Positions 1 through 14,827 of a DNA stretch of 64,000 nucleotides are shown in pieces. This DNA is from Daphnia carinata (lineage: Eukaryota): assembly GCF_022539665.2 (NCBI RefSeq), contig NC_081331.1:12276001-12340000 (forward strand), given 5' to 3'. Position numbers and translations under genes: made by a program. Numbering within the stretch: the stretch's first letter is position 1; every line of letters starts with the position of its first letter. The notes below the pieces were generated by a model, which had not been told where the DNA came from, did no database searches, and was given only the letters and a program-made list of their open reading frames with translations.

Positions 1-1821
1 AATAAAATCATTGTGTAAAAAAAAAGGCTGTACGGACTGTCAATCTTGAACAAATCCCGACAAGTTGAATAAGGAATAAAATTAAAAAAAATTGGTGACC
101 CAGTTACAAAATGAGAATCCATGGGAAATAAACACGCGTAAATAGTAAAATACTTTGTCATCGTAGAAGTCCACTAGAAAAAAAAGGAAACTAAAGAATA
201 AAAGAGGGGAATTTTGGTTTGCCAATGTCGCAATGGATAGGATATTATCTCCCTCTTGATCATTCTTATTACTTTCACCTGGATGCTCTTTGATTAGAAA
301 AAAAGAATTCATTACGTATCAGCAACACATGATCGGGCGTTCTACTGAGTTTTCTTCAGAATGAAAAACAACAGAAATCGCGCGACTAGAGCGCATGAAT
401 CACAGAGATGCTAGAGAACCTTATGCGGCACATGGACACAGACAAAGCGCATTGAATACGACATGACACATGTTACATATAGTTACGAGACCACAAGTAA
501 TGTACGGAAGAAAGACAAAAGTGAGTTTTTTGTTAATAAAAATTGAATCCAACCCGAATCTCAAGGCATTTTTAATCAACTATTTTCTTTTCTTATTTCC
601 CAAAAAATGTAAAATAAAACCAAAGACCGAACAAGATTGTGTGACGTCCATCTACCGACAAAATCGACGGACGATTAATAACGGAGGAAATGAGGATTTC
701 GTTGAGAGAAAGGATAAATTCCTTCATGCGGACTTGCCATTTTTATCCACCTGGAAATAATAAAAATAAATATTAAAGAAACCTGACAGATTCTACTAAG
801 TGATAACAAGTCAAAACAGATGATCGTCAACGTTGCTAGTTCAGCTGTCCCACGGAGGCCTTAGACGCTTTTGCCTTTAGTTCATACAAAAACTTAAATT
901 TAAAGACAATAAAAAATATGCTTTAAGTTACTCGATTTGTGATCGGTAGGTCATGTCTTTCATGAACTTTTAAGCCGAAACAGATTCTGCTGATAAAACA
1001 AGACCCTCTTGGGTACTGCGAAGTCAAAGCTTTTTTTTTTTAAAGGCTAGGTCCTCCATCGCCCCTCTTCCAAGTAGGTTACTGATGGTATCAGACCTTA
1101 AAGTCAACATTCCCTAGGCCAAATCTTTACGAAGAGTTATTTACTATTAACTTAAATGCAAATCGATTAAAAAGAGATTTTACAGCTATCTACTTTTCAG
1201 AAGTTGCGCTTGGGAAGTACAAAATCTAAACGATTGTCTATGAAGAACTGTAGCAAAAAAAAAAAAAAGGTTTGCACGTGCGTGTTTGCACTGCAAAGAT
1301 ATATCGCAGTTCTGTTCGCCATGGGTCACGTAGTGAGCAAACAACACCGGCCGTTTGTTGCTTGGTTGATGGGGTTTCTCTTGTCCATGTTTACACACAC
1401 ATAGACGTGGTCCACAGTCATATAAGTACACACACTGTCGATGACCTTTCAACAGTTTTTGAAGCCATCGAGAGACAATTCTGGAAAAAGGCGAAGAAAG
1501 ATAAGGTTTCCCCCAACTACCAAATCCCGCCCTTCTAACAGCCACTTTCTTTTACCAGCAGCTTGGCAGACCAAAATTGAAGTCGATTGCTGTCTAAAGA
1601 CGAATGATAACCATAGATATTGAGTCCCTAATCGACCTTGTCCTACGTACAGGACCAAACAGTAATAATAGCTAATCGTTTCCTTAAGAATGGCCAAAAC
1701 GAATCTACGGCTCGTGGGGCAGCTCAGGTTTTCTTCAGAAGGCTAAAAGCATTTTTGTCACAAGAGCATTGAATTTGTCGTTAACGTCCAAGTATGATGA
1801 GTCACCTGAGTATGGTTGATA

Positions 1822-3297
1822 TCACGTAACCTGATCGGAGCCAAAAGCCTCTTGTGACGCATACGATAGGTACAGAAATCCATCCGGATCGTGGTATTCT
1901 CTGTAGACCTCCAGGACAGTCTTGGACAGCGACGCCATACTCCGGTTGTTGACTATCAAAAAGATGGCCTGCGTCGAAGACAGTCTCAGTCGGTTGCTAA
2001 GCGGATAACAAACAAATAATCAGTTAACTCGCAAACGCAACAAAGGGGCAAAATGAATAACAAATTACCGAACAACAGTAATCAGCTGAGACATGCTCAA
2101 CTCTTGTGGAACCAGAAATTTGCTCTTTTGAAGGTGAGGCAATGATAACTCCTGGTCAAATCGTTCCACAATGACCTGCGAAATTGGAAAAAGGAAAAAA
2201 AATTAAGTTGGTTTTTATTCTACTATTATTCAAGTCTGTTTTCGCTGGCCATCAACTAAAGTTGAAGGTCGATGATACGAAAGCCTCTGGACAAGGGTCA
2301 CAGCTGGGTCTTAGGTGACAAAACCAACGGAAACTAAAAATAAGCCCAAGATCAACAACAGATGACATCCATTTCTTTATTTCTTGAATGGATCCATTTC
2401 TGGAAAAAGAAAACCCGACCAAGTTGCACCCTCTTCCGTAGAACACATGAGGCATACATAATCCCTCCTCTCATTCGAAAAGCCATTCGAATAGAAAACA
2501 AAACAGAATACGAAATTAGGTCAGCAGAAGTCGGGAAACGGCCCAGACGTACGATCATTCGATTTTCGAAAGTCGCAGTATTATCGACCATTTCCCGGAA
2601 ACTTTTTTTTCCATTTTCGTTTAAACCATCAAACGAAGAAAAAGAAGTTATCACTTACTGGAATCTTAGATGGATATTTGGTTCGAATGGCTTGCACTTC
2701 CCCTTGTCGCGTCCCTGAAGGAAACAAAAGAAAGAAAATGAAACTTTCATTTACAGATGACACTGATTACCAATCACAAAGTCTAGACCAGGTAAAATAG
2801 AGGGAACCCATCAGGGAAAGGTGAGGAAAACTCAGGTAGCAAAATGGAATGAAACGTTGAAAGAACAAAAATAGAATGTCGTGTTCTAACGTAATGACTT
2901 CACAGAAAGCAAAACATTTACCTAATGCTTTGCGACATTTGAAGTGAGCGCCACCGCTATTTGTCGAACGGCTACTGTTGTGGCGAGGACTGCTGTTGTT
3001 CGACACGACATTGTCATTGTCATCGCATTGTTGAAGCGATTCGAGACTTAAAACAGGCGAATGATTAGCAGCAACACGACGCCCGGCGCTCTCGAACGAA
3101 CTTTTGTTGGATGAACCCAACGAGATTTTGTCGAGTCCGACAGACTTGTGACTGTTGCTGGGTGACGTGACAGTCAATAAACTGCCATGGCTACTCCTGC
3201 CACAATTGCTGCTACTCTCTGACGTCGTTGGGCTACTACTTCTTTTATTGTTGAGGCGTTTGTTTGGTGCCGGAACAACGTCAGATGATGAACACAT
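1822..3297 (-). CDS. MAP1LC3C: Atg8/LC3-family protein, LC3C-like, with long Ser-rich N-terminal extension; 4 exons (3297-2922, 2714-2659, 2175-2069, 1996-1822)
   Basis: Spliced translation: ...HFKCRKALGTRQGEVQAIRTKYPSKIPVIVERFDQELSLPHLQKSKFLVPQELSMSQLITVVRNRLRLSSTQAIFLIVNNRSMASLSKTVLEVYREYHDPDGFLYLSYASQEAFG-SDQVT*. GT-AG junctions are in frame, and the conserved C-terminal Gly for lipidation is present. Confidence 0.9.
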
Positions 3298-4735
3298 ATT
3301 ACGATAGTTCAACGAAAGGATGCACCAGTCCTTGGATCCTGGTGTTTGATTGCAGCCAGTCGTAGCAGCCGCTGCTGCAATCGAGGTAGCAACAGCAGTT
3401 GCTGAAGCCCGGCGCCGGTGTAGAGCAGCCCGGTAGCACACCACGGAACTCGTGATTACGGAGGCCGCCAGATTTCAAACGGGGATAATCAGGGTTCTCC
3501 TGGTTTGAATTGGATTTCTATTTGACTATTTTGATTACGTCAGTTCGCAATAAACGGTAATCGTTTTTTTTTGGGCTTTAAAAACAAACTTTCTTGTTCA
3601 GTCCGTATTATGTATAAATTCAGGACTGTTGGAGGTAGAGGTTGTCAAGATGAATGCTACGTGAAAATGCGTTTTGCTACTCGATTTTGTCGTGTCTTTC
3701 TCAGACGTCTTTCGGTCAGAGACTGTCTCTCCTCGTGGCAGTGCCACTTGACTTGTCAAAAGCGAGCTCCTCGAGGCGATTGTAAGATAGAGCCGGAGAG
3801 GGGGGAGAGCAAAGGCGTGGTGTCATTTCAATCAATCCTATTGGCCAAAAATCAAGAGAGCTTTTCTCAGTTTCTCTGTTCTCTCTCCGGATCGCGCGCA
3901 CGCGCTCTCCCATCTGCCAGATTTTCATGAATTTCAATATCGCTTTTCTTTAATTTATATTATTATCTCGCCTCCTATAGCTCGCTTAATTATAACTGAA
4001 AACACAGCCTATTTATTTGTTTGAAAAAGATGAAATGCGTTTGAATTCGACACGCACCCATCACTTGCCGGCTCGTAAAAGTCCGGGAGCGCGGACTCGA
4101 CATCACGTCGTGACCGCGTGAATAAAAAAAAGCCCGCCGTTTACGTCCTACCCATTACATGATTCATTCTATTGTGTAAAAGTATAATCGCCCTTGATCT
4201 CTCTCTCCATTTCGGCAGAAGCACCTTGCCCAACGGCAGTTAAGAAGAACCCACCAAATGATTTAATAGGACAGGGGTTTGTTCGTATCTGTAAAAAAAA
4301 AGGGCGAGGGTCCCACAAGGGCCAACTGGAAAAATTCCGGTGGATTTTATATGGCTGGACCAAAGTCTTTGCACGTGTTGACCCACATTCCGGAATGAAC
4401 AGCCCCCGTTAATGGTCATCCAAAAGAAAGGGCGAGTACATCCAATAAAAACAGGGTAATATAGATAAAACAAAAAACGATTAACTAAAAGGCGATTAAA
4501 GTCGATAAAAGAACAAGTCAAATGAGTGTGCGTATTGAGATCATCACAATTTGATGTACTCTTCCCACCGTTTGACAGAAGCCAGTAGCACCCATCGCTA
4601 TACAAATCAACAGTTTAATTAACAATAATATCAAATACTGGTTTAAATAAAAAGAAAAACATACGTACACAGAATAAAATCGTTCGTGATTTCGAAATAA
4701 AATGAATATCAGGAGCAGACAGGAAAATGATTTTT

Positions 4736-7700
4736 TCACGCTGCCCACATGTCCGAATTTTGAGTTTCTATGCAGACAACTTCAGGCTCACGATTGGCCT
4801 CTGCCACGAGCAGGGCCGTACTGGGCAGACTGATCTTCCTCATTTTACGTCCATTTTTAGCCAACATGATTGATGAAGGGACAGACATAGAGGACAGATT
4901 GTCATTTGTGGCCACCAAACTGCCCGACCGTGGTCTTCCACGAACGGCTTTGACTCGATGGCTTGATGTTAGAGGTTCCAGTTCGTGAGTCTCGCAATGG
5001 ACAGTGGCAATGTTGGGATTAGGATTAGGACAGGAGGTACTGGAAGTTGACAGAGTCGATTCTGACAGTCCGTAACTGTAGACGGTCTTATCGACGTGCG
5101 TCGGACTGTTGGGACAACAACAACGAAAACAATGCGTACAATTGGGGCAGCGGATTTGGGCGCATCCGTTCTGCGGCCCGCAGACTCGCAACATCGACGG
5201 GAGCAAAAGCGTCGAGTAGATCCACGACGTCGCCATGACGACGACGACAAAAGTGCCAATTTGCTGGTAGGCAACGACGCTGGATGGCAGCACGGCCGCT
5301 CCGGCTGAGAGTGTTGTGACGGCCGCCATGGCGATGGGGCTGCTCATCCGCGAAAGGGAAAAGACAACGGCGGATTCACGGTCCGTCTCCTGGGCGCTGA
5401 GCCGGTAGCCGACGGCGTAGTGCAGCGTGAAATCCACCGACAAGCCGACGGCGATGGTGACGGAGACGGATTCGAGGATGTTGAGCTTCCAGCCGAGGAG
5501 GACGAGGACGGCGACCGAGACGAGGACGACGCTGCTGAGGCAGACGACGGAAATGAAGCTGAGCCACAGGTTGCCCGTCGCGCAAATCAAGACTAGCAGA
5601 GCAATAGCCATGGCGAGAGCTATGGCACTGACGGTGCCTTCCGATAAACTGCGTTGAACATCGTAAAAAGCCAAATCGCTCGTGAACCATCCGCCTTTCA
5701 TTCCCAATGGAGCCTTGGCCAACTGCTCGTCCATCCATTGCTCCACTTGGCGATAGAAGTCGTTCATCTCCGTGTACGAAAGAGAGTAGCTGATGTTGCT
5801 GTCGTATTCGATAACGACGGCATCGACCCGCTGAGTCGACTTGGAAAAACGGGGACCTGCTACGCCCGGCAAGAAAAACTGGGCAGGCGTTTCATAAAGA
5901 TCTTTGACGGCCAACACGATACACTCGTTGAATACATCTTCTGCGTAAGGGAACGTCGACGTCTCGCAGCAGGGAGTCCGGTTTCTCCGGTCGAATGAAT
6001 CCTGTTGAATAAAAAGAAAAGTTGAAGATGGATGCAATAAAAGAAACATGTTTACGAGGTTGAATCATGTTTTATACAATAACGGCCTTTCCCCGGTTTT
6101 GCTGGAAAGCGAAGAAAGCCAAACAAAAATTGTTGTTTCTTGAGCCGATCGTGTTACGAAGAACGGACCCTCCTATTTCCATGGCAACACGATCGAGAGA
6201 AAAACCCTACTTTTGCCGATGACGGAAATTAGGGTTCAGACATGTCCCTCGTGGACTTTGCAACTTTACTTGGCCTACGTTGTTCAAAGTTGACGGGTCC
6301 AAAGTACTCCTCCCCGCCTATTTCCAGCAAGAAAGTGAGTAGAGGCGCAATGATTATCGATTCTTCTCAGCTTCCTCTAGAAAATCCTAACAGCTCTGTG
6401 TACGGCATCCCTTTGTAAGGGGCTTGTTCTTCCATCGCAAACAAACGGGAAATTTAGGTTCTCACTTTCTTTTCTCAATTTTTTTTCCCTTTTTTTTATC
6501 TTGCTGTCAAGGGCTAAGGGGTGGGGCGTATCCAAGTCCATTTCTATTTTAAATTACGGAAACAATAGAAATGAAGTATAGGCCGTGAATGGCAAATCAC
6601 CTCACAACGCCTGTCCATCCAAGATTGGAACGTCTCAATGAAACAATTTGGAAGTAACGGGCCGATCATTGGCTGGAAAAATGGTTGATCTCTGATCTCC
6701 TTGCAGAATCGCGAAAGCCATTCTTGAGATTCAGGAGCAGCCATATTGAAAGTAGGATCCAGAACCAATGAGCCTTTGGAAGACGGATCCAAATAGTTGC
6801 CATTATCTTCCGCTGCTACTCCCCACACAAATCGTAACGGCAGTTTGGCCAGCAATTCTGCACGCTGAGACCTTTCAAACCAGAATTCGTGCTTGAATTC
6901 CATATCATATCTGTAATTGAAAAAATTTTTTAATTATTAAAATATTTTTGAATGTTTGGTTTTAACTGTTACCGTTCGAACGGATGGCTGGATGAAAACA
7001 ATTGAAATTCTTTCGTGTCGGGTAATTCCAATTTCGGGTAATGGAATACAATAACTCCAGCAGCGATGGCCAACCCTCCCAAAAGAACAATCCAAAAATC
7101 TAGAATGAAAAATGAATAGTTTGTTAATACGAAAGCGTAATACATTTAAGCATATGAAAACGGACAGCGAAACTTGACCACGATGCAGGGCAATATTTTG
7201 TCGAATGTAATCCGTCCCAGGTCGGAAATGGTACGCCAGCAGCTGCGAAATGAGTTGACAAAAACTGGAGCTGATCGGCCAGTATTTTGACGACAGACGG
7301 GCGAAAAATATTTCTCCGCCAAGAGGACTGAAGCTGGCAGCCAGGATAACATAAAAAGAAAATGGATGGTGACTGTGAGGCCAGCAAAAAGGCTGAAACA
7401 CCGGATGGCTGTCACTGGACAGATGAAGGAAGAGAAAAAAGCCGCTGCTGTTGTCAGCGATGTCACCAACATAGATAGGCCTGCGTGACCTAACGTATCC
7501 ATCACCAATTTAGGAAGTGTTGTTCCATCTTTGTCCAGCTTCGCGCAGCGCCAGACCTTTCAGAACATTGAACAGCAATTTTTTTTTCGTGTAATGAAGG
7601 CGAAAATAATTCATGCGAAAGGAATAGAAATTAAGATTACTCTGACTTAATACCTGGACGTAAACAAAGACGTCGTCGGCTCCTATTCCCACGACGATTA

Positions 7701-10700
7701 CGGCGGCCAGCAGATTCATAAACGGGAAGAAATCCAGTTCAAAGACGAACGTGTAGACGAAATAAGCGACGGCCAGCGACAGGACGACCGAGACGATGGC
7801 CATGAAGGTGAGAAAGAGCGATGCCGTGTACCACCACATCAGAGTGCAGACGAGGAAAGCCCCGACGCTGAGGAAGAGGACGTCGCGGATCATGTACTCG
7901 TTGAAAAGGGCCTCTTTCAGTCCCAGGTCCATCGCCACGGCTACTGTGTAATTATCAGCAAGAGGCCAAAACTCTTTGTGACTGTCCAGCCAGTCAAAAT
8001 AAGGTAGGAGAGCCGTACTCCGAGCTGCTGGAAGGAAGATTGCAGCGTAGCGCAAATGTTGATTGCCTCCAACTAAAAACTCAGCGTCCGTCAAATAATG
8101 CAAAATATGATAAACGGCATTGTGGCGTGTGCAAATTTCCGGCACGTCGTCCCCGCAATCGCCATTATTTGGCCCGCTGGAACCTTAAAGAATTCATCTG
8201 AATTTAAAAACAAAAATGTGCTTACTACGATCGAATTTCTAACGTACCCTCTTGAACGATGCTATCGCAGTTTGGTGACAATTGAAGCCCGTGGTAATGC
8301 CTGGAGCACGCTTCGAGAATGTTGAAAACTACGGTCACGTCGGCCGCGTCGATATCCGAACAGGAGGACCGATTTCTCATTAAAGCCACGTAGTGGCCCA
8401 AAGTCCAAGATTGGCAACATTGACGATGAGCGGATTGCTGGTGAGCCGGTTGTTGACACACGGTAGGGAAAAGTGGGCTAGATCTCATGATCTCATCGAG
8501 TCGACACATGGATTGAATGGATTCTACATTCCACAGGGATCGATTCTGTTCACCAGCCGAAGCGAAAACGACGTGCGCGTATTCACCGTGCGGCTGGTCG
8601 CAGAAATAGAACGAATTCTGCGGTTTTTTAGTCTCCTCTTCTTCGCCTTCTTCTCGATCATCCTCGTCGGATCGCAACAATCCGGCAGTGCCCAGCTGTT
8701 GTAACTGACTCCACATTGGCCTGAAATAATTTTTTTCTTTTTAAATTCAAATCTTTTTTTGCCCAAATAAAATAGGTGAAACTGCTGTTTGTTTTTACTT
8801 ATGTCGCACAGGATGAGCTGGTGAGCGAGTGACGGTTTCGCCCCATTGAAAATGGCTGTGATTGGCTGTTGCATCTTTAGAAGTTCCGTGGCCGCGCAGC
8901 ACTTCAAACGAGTGGACTTGACTAGTTTTTTGTTGTTGTCGTTTCGTCTCCCAGACTTTATTGGTTTTGGCTTTGTTGGTTTCTCGGTGATCATCGTCCA
9001 GACTGTTGCTGCGCGTACGGACAGCTCCCCACGACGAAGTTGCCTCTATGGAGCCAATAGATTCACCGCGGCTGCTATTTGTCCGCTGATGTGCTTTCAT
9101 CTTACTGCGACGGGTTGAACATCAGGCATGAATAATTGATTGTAAAAGGCATTTCATGTCGTAAAACAAGAGGCAACTGTTCGTGCTATGTGATTACTTA
9201 CTTCTTTTTTCGGGGAGCCTCGTTGCTTTTAAGCGAAGATGCGGAAGTTCCAGTTGATTCCAACGGATTGATACTGAGTGGTCCGGCTCTCTGGCTCGCT
9301 CGCAAAAGATTTTCCCATGCGACAGCTCGACGTGACAACACTGTCCCTCGGCACTCGAAACCCTTTTTTTTTTTTGTCATATTGGCCAAAAAAGCAGGAA
9401 GAAGAAAGACGAGGTCATTTAAAAGAAAAAAGACAAAAAAAAAAGAATTCAAATAAAGTTCGTACACGATTTGCATGTTAGAAAAAGAAAAGCTCAAAGA
9501 ACGATTTTAAAATTTTTCTACATGGAAGAACCCAGCTGACACGGAGTTTTGTATCTTAATAAAACAAAGAAAAGAAACGTTGAGCACGGGACATTGAGCA
9601 AAGGCGTTTGCGACGAAATGGGTCTATAAATTTGAATCTGGCGCCTCGACGGTGAAATGGGTGTCGTCGAGAATACATTACGCGAAAAAGGGGAAAAAAA
9701 AGAAGAAAACTAGATGTGAAAAGGTCTGTAGCCGGAATTCCGGAAAGATAATTTCTATCTGTAGTTGTACGAACGGGTAAAGAAAAAGTTTTTAATCAAG
9801 AGCCGCTATGTTGTGCGCGAACAAGGAAGAGCCATAATCCAAAGAAGGAAAAAATAATATAAGAAGATATGGAATAGACACCCATCATTTGGCTGGAACG
9901 AAAGAAAAAAAAAATTTTGCAAGGAAGTTTAACTGCTGGAGGGCGGGCATATCGCGTACGTTTTAGAAACGAGCCATCGTTTTCAGCCGGATTGAAAGGC
10001 AGCCCACATTACGCTAGAGTAATAGCTCTGTAACCCAAGGCCATTTTCAGCTACTTTGCAGAAACGAACGCATCTACTAGAACGGCCAAAAAAAGTGTGC
10101 AGGTCGTTTAGAGCAAAGAGCTCTAAAATGGGATTGCTGGCCAAGCGTAGAAGCAACATGCAGGAGGATTGTGATTGGCTTTATTATTATACGATTACAC
10201 GAGTGGTTTATCGCAATCATGGGATCGAAGAAGGAGCAATCATAGCATCCTCATTTGTTTCATTAGTTTGTAAATACCTAGAAGAAAACCGACGTCAGCC
10301 TGGGGTCCGTACAATTCGCCCTTGAGCTCGCGCATGTGCCATTACTAAGCTATTTTTATTGCATTTCGAAAGCAATTGCAAATGTAAATCCGCCTTCGAC
10401 AAAGTGCCTGACATTCCAACACGATCGAAGACGGCCAAGAAAAATTCGTTTTTTTTAGCAAACCAATCAGAGACGTTATTACAATGATTGTCATCACTCA
10501 CCAATTGAGGATCGGAGAAATCTGGAACGGAATGTAGGGTGAATACGACGATGAGGCAAGCAATGGAAAACGTAGCCACGGCTGCGACTACCCCAGCTGG
10601 ATAGGACGACAGGATCCGGCCGTAACTGACAGTCAAAACATGGTGGGACAAGATAATTAGATTTTCGCTGTAGACCGAAGTTGAGTGGGCCCGTGAACAC

Positions 10701-10995
10701 ACAAACACGAAGAGGATAGACTGATTGCGTTTTTCACTGGCGTCTTCTTGTAAACTAATCAGAGACAAGTCCCCGTGACAGGCAAATCTCATTCGACAAT
10801 CTTTCACGTCTTCCAACTATACACTACAAGACATCAACAATGGAGGGTACATGTTTCCTGGGTGTAAGCTCTATATTACGTCACGCTCCAGTTCTTGCGA
10901 AATGTGGAGCTCTCGGTTGAGGCACAGAATCCAAATAAGAAAAAAGAAAAAGGGAATAAATTTGGAAAAATTTCACTGTTGACTTACCAGTTCAT
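4736..10995 (-). CDS. disp: Protein dispatched (RND / sterol-sensing domain Hedgehog exporter), multi-exon
   Basis: N-terminus MNCYGRILSSYP...PDFSDPQL/GFECRGT (8-nt first coding exon 10995-10988). SSD motif FFPFMNLLAAVIVVGIGADDVFVY, second-repeat motif AVGLSVDFTLHY, and LPLRFVWGVAAEDNGNYLDP. Stop at 4736. Confidence 0.93.
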
Positions 10996-13299
10996 GATGT
11001 TGTGTTCTTCAAATTTCTTTCAAACTCTTGGCAACACACCCATGTCCACGACTGTGACAAAAATATAAACAAAAAAAAAACACAGCCATCAGTCAAGGTA
11101 ATAAACAAAGAAAAGATGGAGGGGAGAGAAGGAATGTCTCCTTTTCCATCCATCGGTCAGGGTATCAAAACGGATTCTTCCGCCATGTCAAGTTCATCCG
11201 AGCGAATATTGCGATTCACCAGCATAACTGCCATTCGAGCAGCGGAAAACTGTCCTCTACCCAACGTTCTATTATAGTTTTCCGCAAATCCCTCACGACG
11301 GGAATTGGCTTTGCTGGCCGGATGTACTTGAGACTGACCCGTGATTATGAGCGAGAACGTAAGCGTACTTATACAAAGTGTGGTGTGGCACATATACATA
11401 TATATGTAACTACATATATAAATACCAAAACACCGCATCGCTTCTATTGGCCTTAGGAGATGATTCCGTCGCTTCCCGCAACTTTATTAGAGGCCGGATC
11501 GATGGGCAAAAAGTTTTTTTCGGTCGTCAATACAGCTTATTCCGTGTGAAGCCAAAACGACAAGTAGACGAGAAAGAAAAAGAACTTTTTTTTCTCTCTT
11601 TCTTTTCAAAGACGGCACATGATGAAACGAGCCGAGCAATGACGACGCGTATATCCGCGTTGATCGCCTAGAAAAGAAAAATAGTGTTCCATAAAACGGA
11701 TCAACCCAACCTTTCCAAGAAAACATCAAATCACCCAAGCTCGAAAGGAAACCACTATATATCTATTTCTCTCTCTGATTCGCTATAGCTGTCTCAACCG
11801 ATTTACAACAAAGAAAAGTGAGGATCCATTTCATTAGACTGCCTCAAGGTCAGAACAGAATTTGCTTTTTAGCCTCGAGTTTCTAGCTTCAGGTAATAAC
11901 GCCACGAGACCCCTCATATCCAGAAAGTATGAGTGGCAAATGAACCGTTTCCATTGAACGTTGTCAGGGAAAAAAATGGCAACGAACTTCTCAGCCAAAA
12001 GAATGTCGCATCAGTTTAACCGAATTTCACATAGCCCATGTGTTTTAAGCAGTCTTGGTGAAACCGACGCAAGCGGTAACGAAGACTCGTGTTGACTTCA
12101 ACAATTCGATAGGAAAAGCAAATAGCTTGCCAACAAGTTGATGTAGAAACATGTATAATGTCTATTGATTTGGGACATCAAAGCTGCCTTTGATCAATAC
12201 AATATTCAAATAGAACTTACGTTTGTGTTATGTGGATTCACTTAGTTGGTGGGGAAAAAAAACACAGCCGAGAGTTGACTGCAACACCGACCGAGCAGAG
12301 CGAAAGGAATTTGTCGACTGCTTTCATTCCAGCTTCTGCCAACGATGGATGAGGGGGGATGTAGTTTTCCGAGATGTTTTCCCATCCCCCGCCAGTGCTC
12401 TCGAAAGGCTTGAAAAAAAAACTTTATTTTGACGATTAACGCCATCTATGAGATTAATATTTCAACGGTTACCGAACGAATCGATTGAGCAAGTCACGCG
12501 CACATCAATCAGGTGAACGCGCAGTCCCATTTGCAGAGATCAAGTTCATAAATCCAAATACACAAATGCGATGGTGACGGGTTAGCCGATGCACAGCCAT
12601 AATCGATACAATACATTTAATAGGATTTAAAACATTATTCGTAGCTTTACAGTTCACGAGCGGCTCGGGGTGAATCATTCATGAGAACTAGCACTTAGTA
12701 AAAAGAGGAAGAAAATATACGTTGTGCATCGGCAATTTCCAGATTAAAATGCTAGAAATTCCTTATTGTAACTCTACATCATATGGCAATTGACGTAAAT
12801 ACATTCACAGAATTATTTTTTCTTAACTTTTAACAATTTTCACGCAATTACAAGTACACTGACAAAGACACTAACCAATTGCCGTTGTTTACGGGAGACA
12901 TAGTCAAACAATTGTTATCGATCAAAGCAGCCTGCACAAACTTCAGAAAAAAATCGAACTATTCACTTGAATTTTTCACACAGCGACAACTTTTAGTACG
13001 GTGATATAATACTTGGAGGCTCAACTTCTTTATTAACCTGGATTGCAACAGGCATCCAGAACGAACTCAAGCCGAAAGCTTTAAATGTTTTATAACCGAC
13101 GCCGTTGTCCAGAACTTCAAACTATAACCTCTATATCTTTCAAATCGACTTAGAATTGCTCAGCAACTCTAAAAGCGTCCACGGAAATTTAAAGGGAACA
13201 AAATCCTTTGAATTTCCATACATGACATTCAAACAACAGCAATATTCACAACTTCAACAGAGCAGAATGAAAACGCACTCTTTTCGATTACGCCGGTAA

Positions 13300-14827
13300 T
13301 TAATCAGTATGAAATTTCCCAGGATCGGTGAAACGGGAGAGTACAATGTAAAGGAAAGTTGGTAATGGGACAAGTGTTAAAATGGCTGCCAATAATTCGG
13401 GTTGTAGCCACAAAGTTAGGGCAACCAAGCCAAAACCATGTAATACCCAATGTCCAATTACGACGACCAAATTGTGGATGCAAGATACTGTTTCGTAAAG
13501 CAGCGCTCTCCACGACTGAGACATTAAAAAGAAACGTTACCAAAAAAACTTGAAAAACATGGAAACCTAACAAAATGCCGGTACCTGATCACTCCTTGAT
13601 GCAAAATGAAATGCATGGCTCATGAGTGACAGCAGAATTATGATGGACGGGAAGGCATAATCTAAATAAACGATGAATACAATCAAGATAAATTGCCACC
13701 AGTGCGAACAGAACAGCAATTAGATAAACAGAAAGCTTAAACACAGTGGTAAAATATAAACACCATGTTTAGAACTTACAGATTAAACCTGCCATAATGC
13801 CGTGGATCAAGGCCAAGATAGGGTACAAATAGAGAGCGGCATAAATTGGTCGAGATGCCACATGACCTCTATTTTGCAATGCTTTATTTGCCCAAGGTCT
13901 TACAAAAAATAGCATAAAGACTGATAATCCATAATGGACGAAAACTATGCTGTACCTGTAAACGAAAATAAATTTATTTTATTGCTTAAATTTGTGGATG
14001 CTATTTAAATGAAATTATACAAGGGATATACTGCTTCTTGGGCGCAATGAAGCACCTCTTCGTAGTTGGGATTTGGATTATGCAAAATTGTATACCTATC
14101 CGTGAAAATTCAATTTGTTAATCGTAAATACTTAAAAAATTAAACATAGGTTTTACCAATCTGATAAATGCTTAACAGTACAGGATTTTAGCTGAAGGGA
14201 ACCTAATGGTTCATGCACAAGTAATGTAATGCAAGCTGAAAGGCAAGTTTCAACCAATGCGGAAAAATGTGTTCCAAAAGTTTTCCAGGAGAACTGAGAG
14301 TGTGGTAACATTGTATCAATACTATACCACTGAGCCAACAAACCTACATGTTTGAGACAAAAATATAATAGAAAAGTTGTTATGCCGCAATTGGAATTTA
14401 GCCATTTCTTTACCTATAACAACCATAAAGCAAAGATACATCCAATCATAAGCAGTTGGAGAACTAGTGCATTCTGAGCAAGCCCATGTACTGTTGACTC
14501 TTGAACCTCTTGGGCAGGGCCCGCATGAGCTCCATCTGCTTGTTTCATTATCACCTGATTTAAAATGATTTAGTTATGTTGTAACACATGAAGAAACATA
14601 ATGAAATCTTTACCTGGGATCTGATACCTTCCACAATAGTATCCAGGACATTTCGTTACGGTGTCCACTGGACCTTGTTTTCAAATATTTGTACCAAATA
14701 AATATGACACATATATATTTCTACCTAAAACTGATATTTTTTTATTACCTTTGTCATAATAATATCCTTTGGTAACATGAATGTTAAAGAAGAAAAGCAA
14801 AACAATGCTAGTTGACAAGCTTGCCAT
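13300..14827 (-). CDS. JKAMP: JNK1/MAPK8-associated membrane protein, multi-exon
   Basis: Exons encode KCPGYYCGRY, LKSCTVKHLSDW and the C-terminal IGHWVLHGFGLVALT...LVPLPTFLYIVLSRFTDPGKFHTD*. The N-terminus is signal-peptide-like (MASLSTSIVLLFFF). Confidence 0.9.

Noticed and set aside
4770..5998. Several overlapping 60-120 aa ORFs on both strands
   Set aside because: Shadow frames of the GC-rich last exon of dispatched.
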